Part shown: piece after piece, positions 25,328-34,043 of the stretch | How positions within the stretch are numbered: position 1 is the first letter of the stretch | Layout: each line of letters begins with the position of its first letter | Source: Candidatus Woesearchaeota archaeon | GTDB taxonomy: Archaea; Nanobdellota; Nanobdellia; Woesearchaeales; JAFGPW01 | DNA: 64,000 nucleotides | Reading direction: 5' to 3' | Assembly (NCBI GenBank): GCA_016935985.1 | Contig: JAFGPW010000006.1 | Coordinates: 89,047-153,046 of the forward strand | Position numbers and translations under genes: made by a program | Notes under the pieces: model-generated | The model's database searches: none | Told to the model about the DNA's origin: nothing | What the model saw: the letters and a program-made list of their open reading frames with translations, nothing else

Positions 25328-25549
25328 TCACTTGATGATCTCGTACTCCTTCACGATGAGCATCATGAAGAGTATGAGCACGATCGCGCCCGCGACCATG
25401 AACGAGAGCCCGCGGAGCACCTCGGTCGTCGTGCCGTTGACCATGACCCACATGCCGAAGGCCATGATGGCGAGCCCGAGCCAGAGGAACTTGTCGAGCA
25501 CCAGCTTCATGATCTCGAACTCTTCCGCCTGGGTTAAGCGTTTCTTCAT
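25328..25549 (-). CDS. Small membrane protein (2 TM)
   Basis: Coding-like part begins at MKKRLTQAEEFEIMKLV (ATG 25547-25549), 12 nt after the stop of the upstream gene; two hydrophobic helices. Confidence 0.35.
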   Translation of the reverse strand: MKKRLTQAEEFEIMKLVLDKFLWLGLAIMAFGMWVMVNGTTTEVLRGLSFMVAGAIVLILFMMLIVKEYEIIK

Positions 25550-25560
25550 GACGACCACCT

Positions 25561-26052
25561 TTAGGAAACCTGGACGACTATCTGCTTGGTCAGGCCTCCG
25601 CCGGCACCGATGGTGCACACCGACGATCCTGAACCGGTCATGTCAGCTGCCTCGACTACGACCTTGAAGCTTCTGAACGCTTCAGCAGGCACGGTCTGCG
25701 CAATGCCCGTGATAGGACTAGCAGGAGTTGCGGTAACGACTCCGCCCGTAGCGCATACGATCTGAGGAGTCATCGTTTGGTTTGATGTCGCGTCATTATA
25801 GATGTTCACTGGGATGACGCAGTCCTTGTTCTGGCTGCATTTAATCGTGTCAGAATAGACCACGACCGGCTCGTCCGCCGTCGCAGGGATGTTCGGCGGC
25901 TCGACCTCGAGCTTACCTTGCAGTTTCCCGAACATGCCTTTCGTGAACGCCAGGCCAAGACCGAGCATGGTGATGCCCAGCACCAGGACGACGATCGCGT
26001 TGACGGAAAGCTGGAGCGAACCGTCCTTGTTCCTTGCGAAAAACCTCATCAC
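25561..26052 (-). CDS. Signal-anchored / pilin-like secreted protein with 4 Cys (paralogue of 23204-23824)
   Basis: N-terminus RNKDGSLQLSVNAIVVLVLGITMLGLGLAFT shares the [RK]..LSV..VV.LVL...GLG..F pattern with 23204-23824. Confidence 0.45.
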   Translation of the reverse strand: MMRFFARNKDGSLQLSVNAIVVLVLGITMLGLGLAFTKGMFGKLQGKLEVEPPNIPATADEPVVVYSDTIKCSQNKDCVIPVNIYNDATSNQTMTPQIVCATGGVVTATPASPITGIAQTVPAEAFRSFKVVVEAADMTGSGSSVCTIGAGGGLTKQIVVQVS

Positions 26053-26281
26053 GCTTCACCTCTTTTCCATAGCTCAATGGTTTGGGTAGTACCGTAAATT
26101 CCGGGCATCGGTGATGCCATCGGGGAGCTTATCCCCTTTTATGATAATACTCTTTTATAAACTTTTCGGTAAAAATCCTCTAAAGGTTTATTCATTCATG
26201 AGTAAAGAAAACAGGAGGCTCCTCGTTTTCAGCAAAGGAAAACTTTTTAAATGAACATGTTTTTCTGAGGGCCGACAACCT

Positions 26282-26809
26282 ATGGCACGGCTCAGGAAAT
26301 TCAACGCGTACCGCCGGCTGGAGCGGCCGTACACCCGGAAGAGCAAGAAGAAGGGCAAGAACTACGTGCGCGCCTTCCCGAACAACAAGGTCGTCATGTT
26401 CGACATGGGCGACCCGAAGCGCGACTACGACTACCAGGTGGACCTCATCTCCAAGGACCCCCTCCAGATCAGGCACAACTCCATCGAGTCGGCGCGCCAG
26501 ACCGCGAACAAGGCGCTCGAGAAGGCGCTTGGCAAGAACCAGTACCACTTCAAGATCCGCATCTTCCCGCACCACGTGCTCAGGGAGAACCCGCTCGCCG
26601 CCGGCGCCGGCGCGGACCGCATGAGCACGGGCATGAAGAAGTCGTTCGGGAAACCTATCGGCCTCGCCGCGCGCATCCGGACCGGCCAGAAGCTCTTCAC
26701 CGTCAAGGTCATGAAGGGCCAGGTGAAGGCGGCGCAGGACGCGATGAAGCGGGCCGGCCACAAGGTGCCCTGCGCGTGCCAGATCGCGACGAGCCAGATC
26801 GCGAAGTGA
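26282..26809 (+). CDS. rpl10e: 50S ribosomal protein L10e (uL16)
   Basis: MARLRKFNAYRRLERPYTRKSKKKGKNYVRAFP is the canonical L10e N-terminus; TATA (cttttaaatg) ~35 nt upstream. Confidence 0.9.
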   Translation: MARLRKFNAYRRLERPYTRKSKKKGKNYVRAFPNNKVVMFDMGDPKRDYDYQVDLISKDPLQIRHNSIESARQTANKALEKALGKNQYHFKIRIFPHHVLRENPLAAGAGADRMSTGMKKSFGKPIGLAARIRTGQKLFTVKVMKGQVKAAQDAMKRAGHKVPCACQIATSQIAK

Positions 26810-26849
26810 GCGATTAGATTTCTCAGAATCAGATTATCGGGAGACCGCT

Positions 26850-27818
26850 TCAGACCCGCGAGAGGATCATCCGCCTGAGCGTCTTGAGGTCGGCGATCCC
26901 CGAGTACTGCTCGACGAACTCCCGCGTCGCCTCGGCAGGCGCGATGTCCGTCTTGCTCACGTAGACGATGAGGCCATGCTCCTCTCTGAGCTGCTCGTAG
27001 AGCCGCTTCTGGTCTTCGATCGGATAGCCGCCGGTCGGGTCGAAGACGTAGACGATCGCCTTCCCGTAGTGCTTGAGGACGAGCTGCGTCTGCCGCTCGA
27101 TCAGGTTCATCTTCGCGCCGCGGTTGAGGGTCCCCGGCGTGTCGATGAGCTGGATCTTCCTCCGCCCCTGCCCGAGGTAGGCGACGTTCAGCCCCTTGGT
27201 GGTGAAAGGGTAGCTGTCGATCGCCGGCGTCGAGCCGGAGAGCCTGGCGAGGAGCGTGGTCTTGCCGACGTTAGGGAAGCCGATGATGACCGCGGTGCGC
27301 ATGTCCTTGATCGTCGGGAACGATCGCAGCGTCCTGCGCGCGAGGTCGAGCGCCTTGAGGTTCTCGCGGACCTGCCGCATCACCGACGAGACCCGGCCGT
27401 AGCACTCCTTCTGGTGCGCCTCGATCGCGCGCATGTCGCGGCCCGACGTGATCTTCCTGAGCGCGTCGTCGATGAAGAAGTTGACCTTCCCCTTCGCCCA
27501 TTTGAGCGCGCCGAGGCTCTTTCGCACCGCGTCGAGCTCGAGGTTGTTCCGCGCGAGCTCCTGATAGAAGGCAGGCATCTGCGAGAAGCTCGGGAACTGT
27601 TCCATCAGCTTCTGGAGGTTTCCCGAGAGCGCGCCTCCCGCCGCCTTCAGCTTCTCGATGCCGATCGACTTCGCGCGGCCGACGGGGTCGCGGAAGCGCT
27701 TCTGGCGCATGCTCTCCGCGCGCTTCCTCCCTGCTGAGAACGCGATGTCGAGGTAGCCCTTGTCGGTCTGCACCGGCGGTATCTTCTGGAAGTCCATACA
27801 CCAGCTAATGCCACCCAT
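26850..27818 (-). CDS. NOG1-family GTP-binding protein
   Basis: G1 GFPNVGKTTL, G3 DTPG, NOG1-like N-terminal domain; TATA (catttatatatggg) ~22 nt upstream on the minus strand. Confidence 0.8.
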   Translation of the reverse strand: MGGISWCMDFQKIPPVQTDKGYLDIAFSAGRKRAESMRQKRFRDPVGRAKSIGIEKLKAAGGALSGNLQKLMEQFPSFSQMPAFYQELARNNLELDAVRKSLGALKWAKGKVNFFIDDALRKITSGRDMRAIEAHQKECYGRVSSVMRQVRENLKALDLARRTLRSFPTIKDMRTAVIIGFPNVGKTTLLARLSGSTPAIDSYPFTTKGLNVAYLGQGRRKIQLIDTPGTLNRGAKMNLIERQTQLVLKHYGKAIVYVFDPTGGYPIEDQKRLYEQLREEHGLIVYVSKTDIAPAEATREFVEQYSGIADLKTLRRMILSRV

Positions 27819-28002
27819 ATATAAATGGTTTTGGGTGGGGGATCAGGCAGCGTTGCTGAAAAGGTGATCAGCGCCATGGGGAGAAGGCCAGGAGGGGTTG
27901 TCCCTTACGGGGATTCCGGCCCTCTGAGGGTCCGGTGCGCGCCTGAGCGTCGGCGCTGACCCGAGCGAAGGCGAGATTTTCAGCAGGGCCGGATAAGGCA
28001 CA

Positions 28003-28013
28003 ACATTTATAAA
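28003..28013 (+). promoter_or_regulatory. TATA box (atttataaata) for the rps6e-eif2g operon
   Basis: AT-rich element 57 nt upstream of ATG 28070. Confidence 0.5.
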
Positions 28014-28069
28014 TATCGCCGTAATCCGTCGGCATACTTCTCTCAAGCGAAAGTGGAGGGACACACACG

Positions 28070-28615
28070 ATGGTAAGCTTCAAGCTCGTTATCAGCGATC
28101 CGAAAACCAAGCGGTCACACCAGAAAGAGGTCCAGGACCCTGAGGCCTCGTACTTCTTGGGGAAGAGGCTCGGCGAGGCGGTCAAGGGCGACCACTTCGG
28201 CATGGCAGGCTATGAGATGCAGATCCGCGGCGGCTCGGACAGCTCTGGGTTCCCGATGCGCGCAGACGTCTCCGGCACCGGCAGGAAGCGCGTGCTCGCG
28301 GTCGAGGGGGTCGGCATGCGCAAGAAGGGCAAGGGCCAGAAGCAGCGCAAGACCGTCTGCGGCAACACGGTCCATGAGGGCATCTCCCAGATCAATCTCA
28401 AGGTGACAAAGGAGGGGAAAGAGAAGCTCGGCGGCGCGGCAGAGGCGCCGGCAGAGGCGCCGAAGGAAGAGAAGAAACCTGGACCGAAGAAGCAGGAGAA
28501 GCCCGCAGAGGGGAAGAAGGAAGCGCCGAAGGAAGAGAAGAAGGAGAAGCCGAAGCAGGAGAAGAAGCCGGAGCCGAAGAAGGAAGAGAAGCCGGCCGAG
28601 GAGAAGCAGGGATAA
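28070..28615 (+). CDS. rps6e: 30S ribosomal protein S6e (eS6) with Lys/Glu/Pro-rich C-terminal extension
   Basis: MVSFKLVISDPKTKRSHQKEV...GFPMRADVSGTGRKRVL is the S6e core; the C-terminal ~70 aa are (EEKKPxPKK)-like low complexity. Confidence 0.9.
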   Translation: MVSFKLVISDPKTKRSHQKEVQDPEASYFLGKRLGEAVKGDHFGMAGYEMQIRGGSDSSGFPMRADVSGTGRKRVLAVEGVGMRKKGKGQKQRKTVCGNTVHEGISQINLKVTKEGKEKLGGAAEAPAEAPKEEKKPGPKKQEKPAEGKKEAPKEEKKEKPKQEKKPEPKKEEKPAEEKQG

Positions 28616-29868
28616 TGCCGCGCGCGAAGAAGACCGATACCACGGTCCAGCCGGAGATCAACATCGGCCTGATCGGCCACGTCGACCACGGGAAGACGAC
28701 GCTCACCGAGCGGCTGTCCGGCAAGTGGACCGACACGCATTCTGAGGAGCTCAAGCGCGGCATCACCATCAGGCTCGGCTATGCGGACACGACCTTCCGC
28801 AAGTGCGGGAAATGCGATGAGCCCGCCTGCTACACCACGAAGCAGAAGTGCGAGAAGGACGGGAGCGCGACGGTCCCCTTGCGCAAGGTCTCGTTCGTCG
28901 ACGCGCCGGGGCACGAGTCGCTGATGGCGACGATGCTCTCGGGCGCCACCATCATGGACGGCGCGCTGCTCCTCATCGCCGCGAACGAGGAGTGCCCGCA
29001 ACCGCAGACGCGCGAGCACCTGATGGCGCTGCAGATCATGGGCGTCAAGAGCGTGGTCGTCGTCCAGAACAAGGTCGATCTCGTCTCCAAGGAGGATGCG
29101 GAGCGCAACCACAAGCAGATCATCGCGTTCCTGAAAGGGACCGCCTTCGAGAGCGCGCCGATCATCCCGATATCGGCGACGCACAACATCAACATCGACC
29201 TGCTCATCCGGACGATCCAGGATACCATACCCACCCCTGCGCGCGACGAGAAGAAGGACCCGATCATGTTCGTCGCCCGCTCATTCGACATCAACAAGCC
29301 CGGGACCGACATCACGGACCTCAAGGGCGGCGTGCTCGGCGGCGCGCTGAAATCCGGACGGCTCAAGAAGGGCCAGGAGATCGAGATCAGGCCCGGAAGG
29401 ATCATCGAGGAGCACAGCAAGAGGGTGGGGAGACCCCTTATCACCAAGATCACCGGCATCATGACCGGCTCAGCCATCACCGATTCGGTGGGCCCTGGCG
29501 GATCGATCGGAGTGCTCACCGATCTCGACCCTTCCATCGTCAAGTCAGACAACCTCGCCGGGAACATCGTAGGACTCCCGGGCAAGCTCCCGCCGGTCTG
29601 GGACCACATGCGGCTCGAGGTGGACCTGCTCAAGCGCGTGGTCGGCACCGAGCAGGAGCTCGACGTGGAGCCGCTCAAGCAGAACGAGGTCCTCATGCTC
29701 AACGCGAACTCGGCCGCGACGGTCGGGGTCGTCAGGGAGTTCAAGCGAGGCATCGGCTCCCTCGATCTCAAGCACCCGGTGTGCACCGAGGTCGGCTCGC
29801 GGGTGACGATATCCCGACGGATCGGCAACCGGTTCCGGCTCATCGGTGTCGGCATCCTCAAGGAGTGA
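28615..29868 (+). CDS. eif2g: Translation initiation factor aIF2 gamma subunit
   Basis: GHVDHGKTTL (G1), DAPGHE (G3), NKVD (G4), Zn-knuckle CGKCDEPAC; start overlaps the rps6e stop (TAATG). Confidence 0.95.
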   Translation: MPRAKKTDTTVQPEINIGLIGHVDHGKTTLTERLSGKWTDTHSEELKRGITIRLGYADTTFRKCGKCDEPACYTTKQKCEKDGSATVPLRKVSFVDAPGHESLMATMLSGATIMDGALLLIAANEECPQPQTREHLMALQIMGVKSVVVVQNKVDLVSKEDAERNHKQIIAFLKGTAFESAPIIPISATHNINIDLLIRTIQDTIPTPARDEKKDPIMFVARSFDINKPGTDITDLKGGVLGGALKSGRLKKGQEIEIRPGRIIEEHSKRVGRPLITKITGIMTGSAITDSVGPGGSIGVLTDLDPSIVKSDNLAGNIVGLPGKLPPVWDHMRLEVDLLKRVVGTEQELDVEPLKQNEVLMLNANSAATVGVVREFKRGIGSLDLKHPVCTEVGSRVTISRRIGNRFRLIGVGILKE

Positions 29869-29975
29869 CGTTCCCTCGGGAAAAATCCAAACCTTTTTAT
29901 AGGAGCTTTCTCAGGAATAGTCCTGCATAGTCATGCAGCCTGCCAACGCGGGCGCCAAAAAGGAGGTCATCGACA

Positions 29976-30176
29976 ATGGGTGCTCTATTCGGTACTGTTC
30001 TTCTGGCTCTGGTGCTCGGCGGACTCATCGCTGTCGCGTACATCCTCAAGGGGCTCATCATCCACAAGAAGGAGAAGCTCAAGTCCCTGGAGGCAGACGC
30101 CGCGAAACGAGTGGCCAAGACAGCGCCCGCCAAGGCCGCGCCGAAGAGGAAGCCGGCGAAGCGCGGGAAGAAGTGA
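29976..30176 (+). CDS. Small membrane protein with Lys/Ala-rich basic tail
   Basis: 66 aa; one TM helix then KEKLKSLEADAAKRVAKTAPAKAAPKRKPAKRGKK; AGGAGGT SD-like sequence upstream. Confidence 0.35.
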   Translation: MGALFGTVLLALVLGGLIAVAYILKGLIIHKKEKLKSLEADAAKRVAKTAPAKAAPKRKPAKRGKK

Positions 30177-30221
30177 ACCCCTTTTTCCTTCCCTTTTCAC
30201 GCTTTCTCCTGTCCCTTCTGT

Positions 30222-30722
30222 TCATTCCTTCGTGAAGAAGCTGAAGGTGGTCGCTCCCACGATCCCCACGCTCTGTCCCGCGAGGAAGTAGCGGATGAGC
30301 AGCAGGGTGCTTATGTCCGCTGTCATCTTGTTGAGGATGATGAGCAGCAGGATGACGGTGACGAACACGCTCAGGTAGATGTAGGAGAACCGCTTCGCGA
30401 GCGCTGCGAGGAACTTGGGGTTGAAGGAGAAGGTGCTGCGGTACTTGAAGTTGAGCGCGGTCACCACGCAGAACAGGAAGAAGAGGTGGAGAACCAGCAT
30501 CTGGCCGGTGGAGACGAGCGGCAGGTAATCCCAGAAGCTCGTGTTGATGAAGGCCGGAAGCCCGAAGACCCCGGCGCCGATGACCCCTTGCGCGAAGTCG
30601 GCGAAGGTGAAGCGCTTGACCTCATCGCGCTGGATGGTCTTGTGCTTCTTCTCCTCATCCTCCATCGCGAGCTCGAGGATCTTCTGCTGGGTCTTGAGCG
30701 TTGGGGAGAGCTGCTCCTTCAT
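30222..30722 (-). CDS. Hypothetical integral membrane protein
   Basis: 166 aa, 4 predicted TM helices; not a GC-shadow (AT-richer, hydrophobic). Confidence 0.45.
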   Translation of the reverse strand: MKEQLSPTLKTQQKILELAMEDEEKKHKTIQRDEVKRFTFADFAQGVIGAGVFGLPAFINTSFWDYLPLVSTGQMLVLHLFFLFCVVTALNFKYRSTFSFNPKFLAALAKRFSYIYLSVFVTVILLLIILNKMTADISTLLLIRYFLAGQSVGIVGATTFSFFTKE

Positions 30723-30795
30723 GCCTGCCCCTGGGGCCGGGCGGTATAAAAAGATTAGTTGTAATCAAGGAGGGGGGACAGGCGTTTCCGAAGGG

Positions 30796-31002
30796 TCACT
30801 GTTCAGGCCGGGAACGGCCCTCATGCCTCTCATTCTCCATCATGCTCCGGTAGAAGCCGCAGTCGTGGCAGGCGTCGGTATTGCTGCAGTGGCCTGAGCC
30901 GAGGTCGCACCTGCCGACATACCCTGAGAATGAGGTTGTGTGGCCTTCCCTGGCCGGCCTGCGGCGCCCTTCCTCGAGCTCGGCGATGTCGGTGAGCGAC
31001 AT
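30796..31002 (-). CDS. Small Cys4 (Zn-binding-like) hypothetical protein
   Basis: MSLTDIAELEEG...CDLGSGHCSNTDACHDCGFYR; TATA (tatataaagg) upstream on the minus strand at ~31025-31035. Confidence 0.3.
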   Translation of the reverse strand: MSLTDIAELEEGRRRPAREGHTTSFSGYVGRCDLGSGHCSNTDACHDCGFYRSMMENERHEGRSRPEQ

Positions 31003-31080
31003 GCTGCCATGGAAAATCACAACCTTTATATACTTATCTTTTTACCACCACCCAATACTCATTTATTGGGGGACAGAAGC

Positions 31081-32304
31081 ATGAGAAAAGCGTTCCTGCT
31101 CATCATGGCAATCATTCTTGCGGCTGTCGCCGCAGGCACGGCCTCTGCCCAGTGCTACGAGATCCAGGAGGTCGAGGTCGGCGGCACCGAGCTTGCGCCC
31201 GGCACCACCACTATCCTCGCCCAGGACCGGAACGAGGACATCGAGGTAAGGGTGCAGATCCTCGCGCTCTGCGACCAGGACAACGTCCAGGTCGAGGCTA
31301 TGATGCGCGGGTATGACCACGACGACCGAATCGAGGACATCACCGACGTCTTCGATGTCCAGGAGAACCGGACATATGTCCGCTGGCTGAACCTGCGGCT
31401 GCCGCTCAGGATGGACGTCGACCAGTACAAGCTGCGCGTGCTCGTGACCGACCGGAACCACCCCTCGATCGAGGCCTCGTTCGACCTCGAGATCGGGACC
31501 GCACGGCACCAGGTAGGCATCAGGGACGTGATCTTCGAGCCGGGCCAGGAGGTCCAGGCGGGACGGAGCCTCATAACCAGCATACGGCTCAAGAACTACG
31601 GCGCCGAGGACGAGGACGACATCAAGGTGTCTGTCGCGATCCCGGCGCTCGGGCTCTACGCGAGCGACTATATTGATGAGGTCGAAGCGGATGAGTCCCG
31701 CACGAGCGAGGAGCTCTACATGCGCATCCCGATGTGCGCGACGCCGGGGAGCTACACGCTCGAGGCGAAGCTCACCTATGACGACGGCGATGAGTACTTC
31801 ACCGAGACCTACGAGATCGTGGTCGAGGAGGGCGAGGGCTGCGCCGCCGAGGCGGCTGCCGCAGAGAAGGCGCCCATGGGCGGCCTCTCCATCGAGCCCA
31901 CCCTCCCGGTGAGCGCGAGCGCAGGCGGCTCGGCCTCCATCCCTCTCCTCATCACGAACCATGGCACGGCCGGCATCTTCCAGGTGTCGGTGCCAGGCAT
32001 GACCTCCTACGGATCCTACACGGTGACGCCGTCGCACGTCCTCGAGATCGGCGCCGGCGCGACCGAGGTAGCGATCGTGACTCTCGGCTTCGACGCAGGT
32101 GTCTCGGGCGACAGGATCCTCATCGCCGAGGTCGGGACCGTCGGCGGCGAGGACAGGATCACCGCGCCGCTCATCGTCTCGGTCCAGGGATCGCCTGCTG
32201 CGGCGCAGGAGGGCATCCCCCTGCGGACCGTGCTACTCGCTGCCCTCGCGGCGCTCCTCGTGGTCCTCGTCGTGCTCGCTGCCCTCGCGCTCGCGAGACG
32301 CTAA
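31081..32304 (+). CDS. Cell-surface protein with CARDB-like domains, N-terminal signal peptide and C-terminal TM anchor
   Basis: Signal MRKAFLLIMAIILAAVAAGTASAQ; LKNYGAEDEDDIKVSV-type CARDB/DUF11 motifs; C-terminal LLAALAALLVVLVVLAALALARR anchor. Confidence 0.55.
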   Translation: MRKAFLLIMAIILAAVAAGTASAQCYEIQEVEVGGTELAPGTTTILAQDRNEDIEVRVQILALCDQDNVQVEAMMRGYDHDDRIEDITDVFDVQENRTYVRWLNLRLPLRMDVDQYKLRVLVTDRNHPSIEASFDLEIGTARHQVGIRDVIFEPGQEVQAGRSLITSIRLKNYGAEDEDDIKVSVAIPALGLYASDYIDEVEADESRTSEELYMRIPMCATPGSYTLEAKLTYDDGDEYFTETYEIVVEEGEGCAAEAAAAEKAPMGGLSIEPTLPVSASAGGSASIPLLITNHGTAGIFQVSVPGMTSYGSYTVTPSHVLEIGAGATEVAIVTLGFDAGVSGDRILIAEVGTVGGEDRITAPLIVSVQGSPAAAQEGIPLRTVLLAALAALLVVLVVLAALALARR

Positions 32305-32340
32305 TTTATTATACTACTTCTGCCTGTGGCGGACCCGACG

Positions 32341-32484
32341 ATGGGGGTACTTCAGCAGTGCCCTGACTGCGGCGGGACGGTGAAGAGGATCGACACCATC
32401 CGTTCCCTCAGCATCGACTATGACGTGTACCTGTGCGGCATCTGCGGCAGGCGCCATGTCAGGGTCAGCAGGTTCAAGGAGTGA
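32341..32484 (+). CDS. Small zinc-ribbon protein (47 aa; CPDC...CGIC)
   Basis: Manual translation MGVLQQCPDCGGTVKRIDTIRSLSIDYDVYLCGICGRRHVRVSRFKE*; TATA (taatttattatac) at 32302-32316; stop 3 nt before the next ATG. Confidence 0.4.
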   Translation: MGVLQQCPDCGGTVKRIDTIRSLSIDYDVYLCGICGRRHVRVSRFKE

Positions 32485-32486
32485 CG

Positions 32487-34022
32487 ATGATAGGAGGCAT
32501 ATGGCAGAAGATGCGGGGGAGGCCGGTGCTGATAGCGATACCGCTCATCATCCTCATGACCGTGATCGTTTCGGCCTGGCTGCTCAGGGGCGTGACCCCG
32601 CACGGGTACGATGTCATCAAGCCCCCTTCCCCGGGCTATGTGCGAGAGGCGCAGGTGGCAGGCCAGTTCTACCCGCTCTTCAAGATCGACCTCGAGCTCG
32701 CGGTCGACAACCTCCTCGCCAAGGCGAAGACGACGCCCGTTCCTGAGGGCAGGGAGCTGAAAGCCCTCGTGGTGCCGCACGCGGGCTACATCTACTCAGG
32801 CCAGGTGGCGGCCGACGGCTTCGCGCTCGTGCCGCCCAGCACCCACCGCGTCTACCTGATCGGCTCGAACCACAACAGCGAGGCGCGGTTCTCCGGGATA
32901 TCGGTCGGCAACTACACCCACTTCCGGACCCCCCTCGGGCTGGTGCCGGTCGACACTCTGGCCACCGGACGGCTGCGCGCCCTCTCCAGCGCCCAGTTCG
33001 TCGCCGACGACGCGCCGCACGATTCCCATATCCTGGAGGTGGAGCTGCCCTTCCTCCAGCGGCGATTGCCGGAGTTCACGATCGTCCCGATGGTCACTGG
33101 CTGGATCGCCCAGGAGGAGATCCCCCATTATGCCGCTGCGCTCGAGAACGTGATGAGGCGCGACCCTGGCCTGCTCGTCGTGTCCTCAGACCTCTCGCAC
33201 TACCACCCGTACGATGAGGCGGTCGTCCTTGACACCGCCTGCGTCTCGGCGATAGCGGCGGTCGACTACAGTGCCGCCACATCCTGCGAGGCGTGCGGCT
33301 ACCACGCGATCCTGATGCTCCTCGACATCGCTGTCCGCAGCGACTGGACCGCGACGCTGATAGAGTACGCGAACTCCGGCGATGCCGCCGGCTCGAAGGA
33401 CTCGGTCGTCGGGTATTCCGCGATCGCCTTCTTCGGGCCCGCGTCGGCTGTCAGCGACCCCTATCCGAGCAGCGAGAAGTCGTGGATGCTCGCGCTCGCG
33501 CGCCGGGCGGTGGAGGGATGGGTGCGCACGGGGACGAAGGTCACGGTCGACGCTTCTGAGGTGCCGGCGCGGCTGAAGGAGACGCGCGGCTGCTTCGTGA
33601 CGCTCAACGAGGGCGGGGCGCTGCGCGGCTGCATCGGCCACATCATCGCGCAGGAGGAGCTGTACAAGTGCATCATCGACAACGCGATAAACGCCGCGTC
33701 GAACGACGCGCGCTTCGAGCCGGTCGCCGCGTCAGAGCTCGACGATATCGCGATCGACATCTCGATCCTGACGCATCCCGAGGAGCTCGCGTTCGGCTCG
33801 CCCGAGGAGCTGCTGGGAAAGCTCGTCCCCTTGCGCGACGGCGTCGTGCTCGAGAGAGGCTGGAGGACGAGCACGTACCTGCCGCAGGTCTGGGAGCAGC
33901 TGCCGGGAAAGGAGGAATTCCTGACGCAGCTGTGCAAGAAGCAGGGGAGCGAAGGCGACTGCTGGCGCGACCCAGGCACTAAGGTCTACGTCTACCGCAC
34001 AATCGTGTTCGGGGAAGAATGA
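32487..34022 (+). CDS. Fusion protein: N-terminal TM helix + MEMO1-like (AmmeMemoRadiSam system protein B) domain + AMMECR1 domain
   Basis: VVPHAGYIYSGQVAADGF...VVSSDLSHYHPY (Memo) and CFVTLNEGGALRGCIGHI (AMMECR1 signature) in a single 512-aa ORF. Confidence 0.8.
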   Translation: MIGGIWQKMRGRPVLIAIPLIILMTVIVSAWLLRGVTPHGYDVIKPPSPGYVREAQVAGQFYPLFKIDLELAVDNLLAKAKTTPVPEGRELKALVVPHAGYIYSGQVAADGFALVPPSTHRVYLIGSNHNSEARFSGISVGNYTHFRTPLGLVPVDTLATGRLRALSSAQFVADDAPHDSHILEVELPFLQRRLPEFTIVPMVTGWIAQEEIPHYAAALENVMRRDPGLLVVSSDLSHYHPYDEAVVLDTACVSAIAAVDYSAATSCEACGYHAILMLLDIAVRSDWTATLIEYANSGDAAGSKDSVVGYSAIAFFGPASAVSDPYPSSEKSWMLALARRAVEGWVRTGTKVTVDASEVPARLKETRGCFVTLNEGGALRGCIGHIIAQEELYKCIIDNAINAASNDARFEPVAASELDDIAIDISILTHPEELAFGSPEELLGKLVPLRDGVVLERGWRTSTYLPQVWEQLPGKEEFLTQLCKKQGSEGDCWRDPGTKVYVYRTIVFGEE

Positions 34023-34043
34023 AAAAAAAGGAGATGAAGCACC

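Noticed and set aside
23204-26052. Interpretation of the two small Cys proteins as archaellins (ArlB)
   Set aside because: No archaellin-like conserved N-terminal domain consensus, and no arlC-arlJ accessory genes adjacent; kept as generic pilin-like/signal-anchored proteins.
26060-26125. tRNA-like D-loop-resembling string (ccatagctcaatggtttgggtag)
   Set aside because: No acceptor stem, anticodon arm or T-loop (GTTCRAATC) could be built; likely chance similarity in a promoter region.
28210-29930. ORFs 28210-29184(-) and 28848-29930(+)
   Set aside because: Shadows and frameshifts over rps6e and eif2g.
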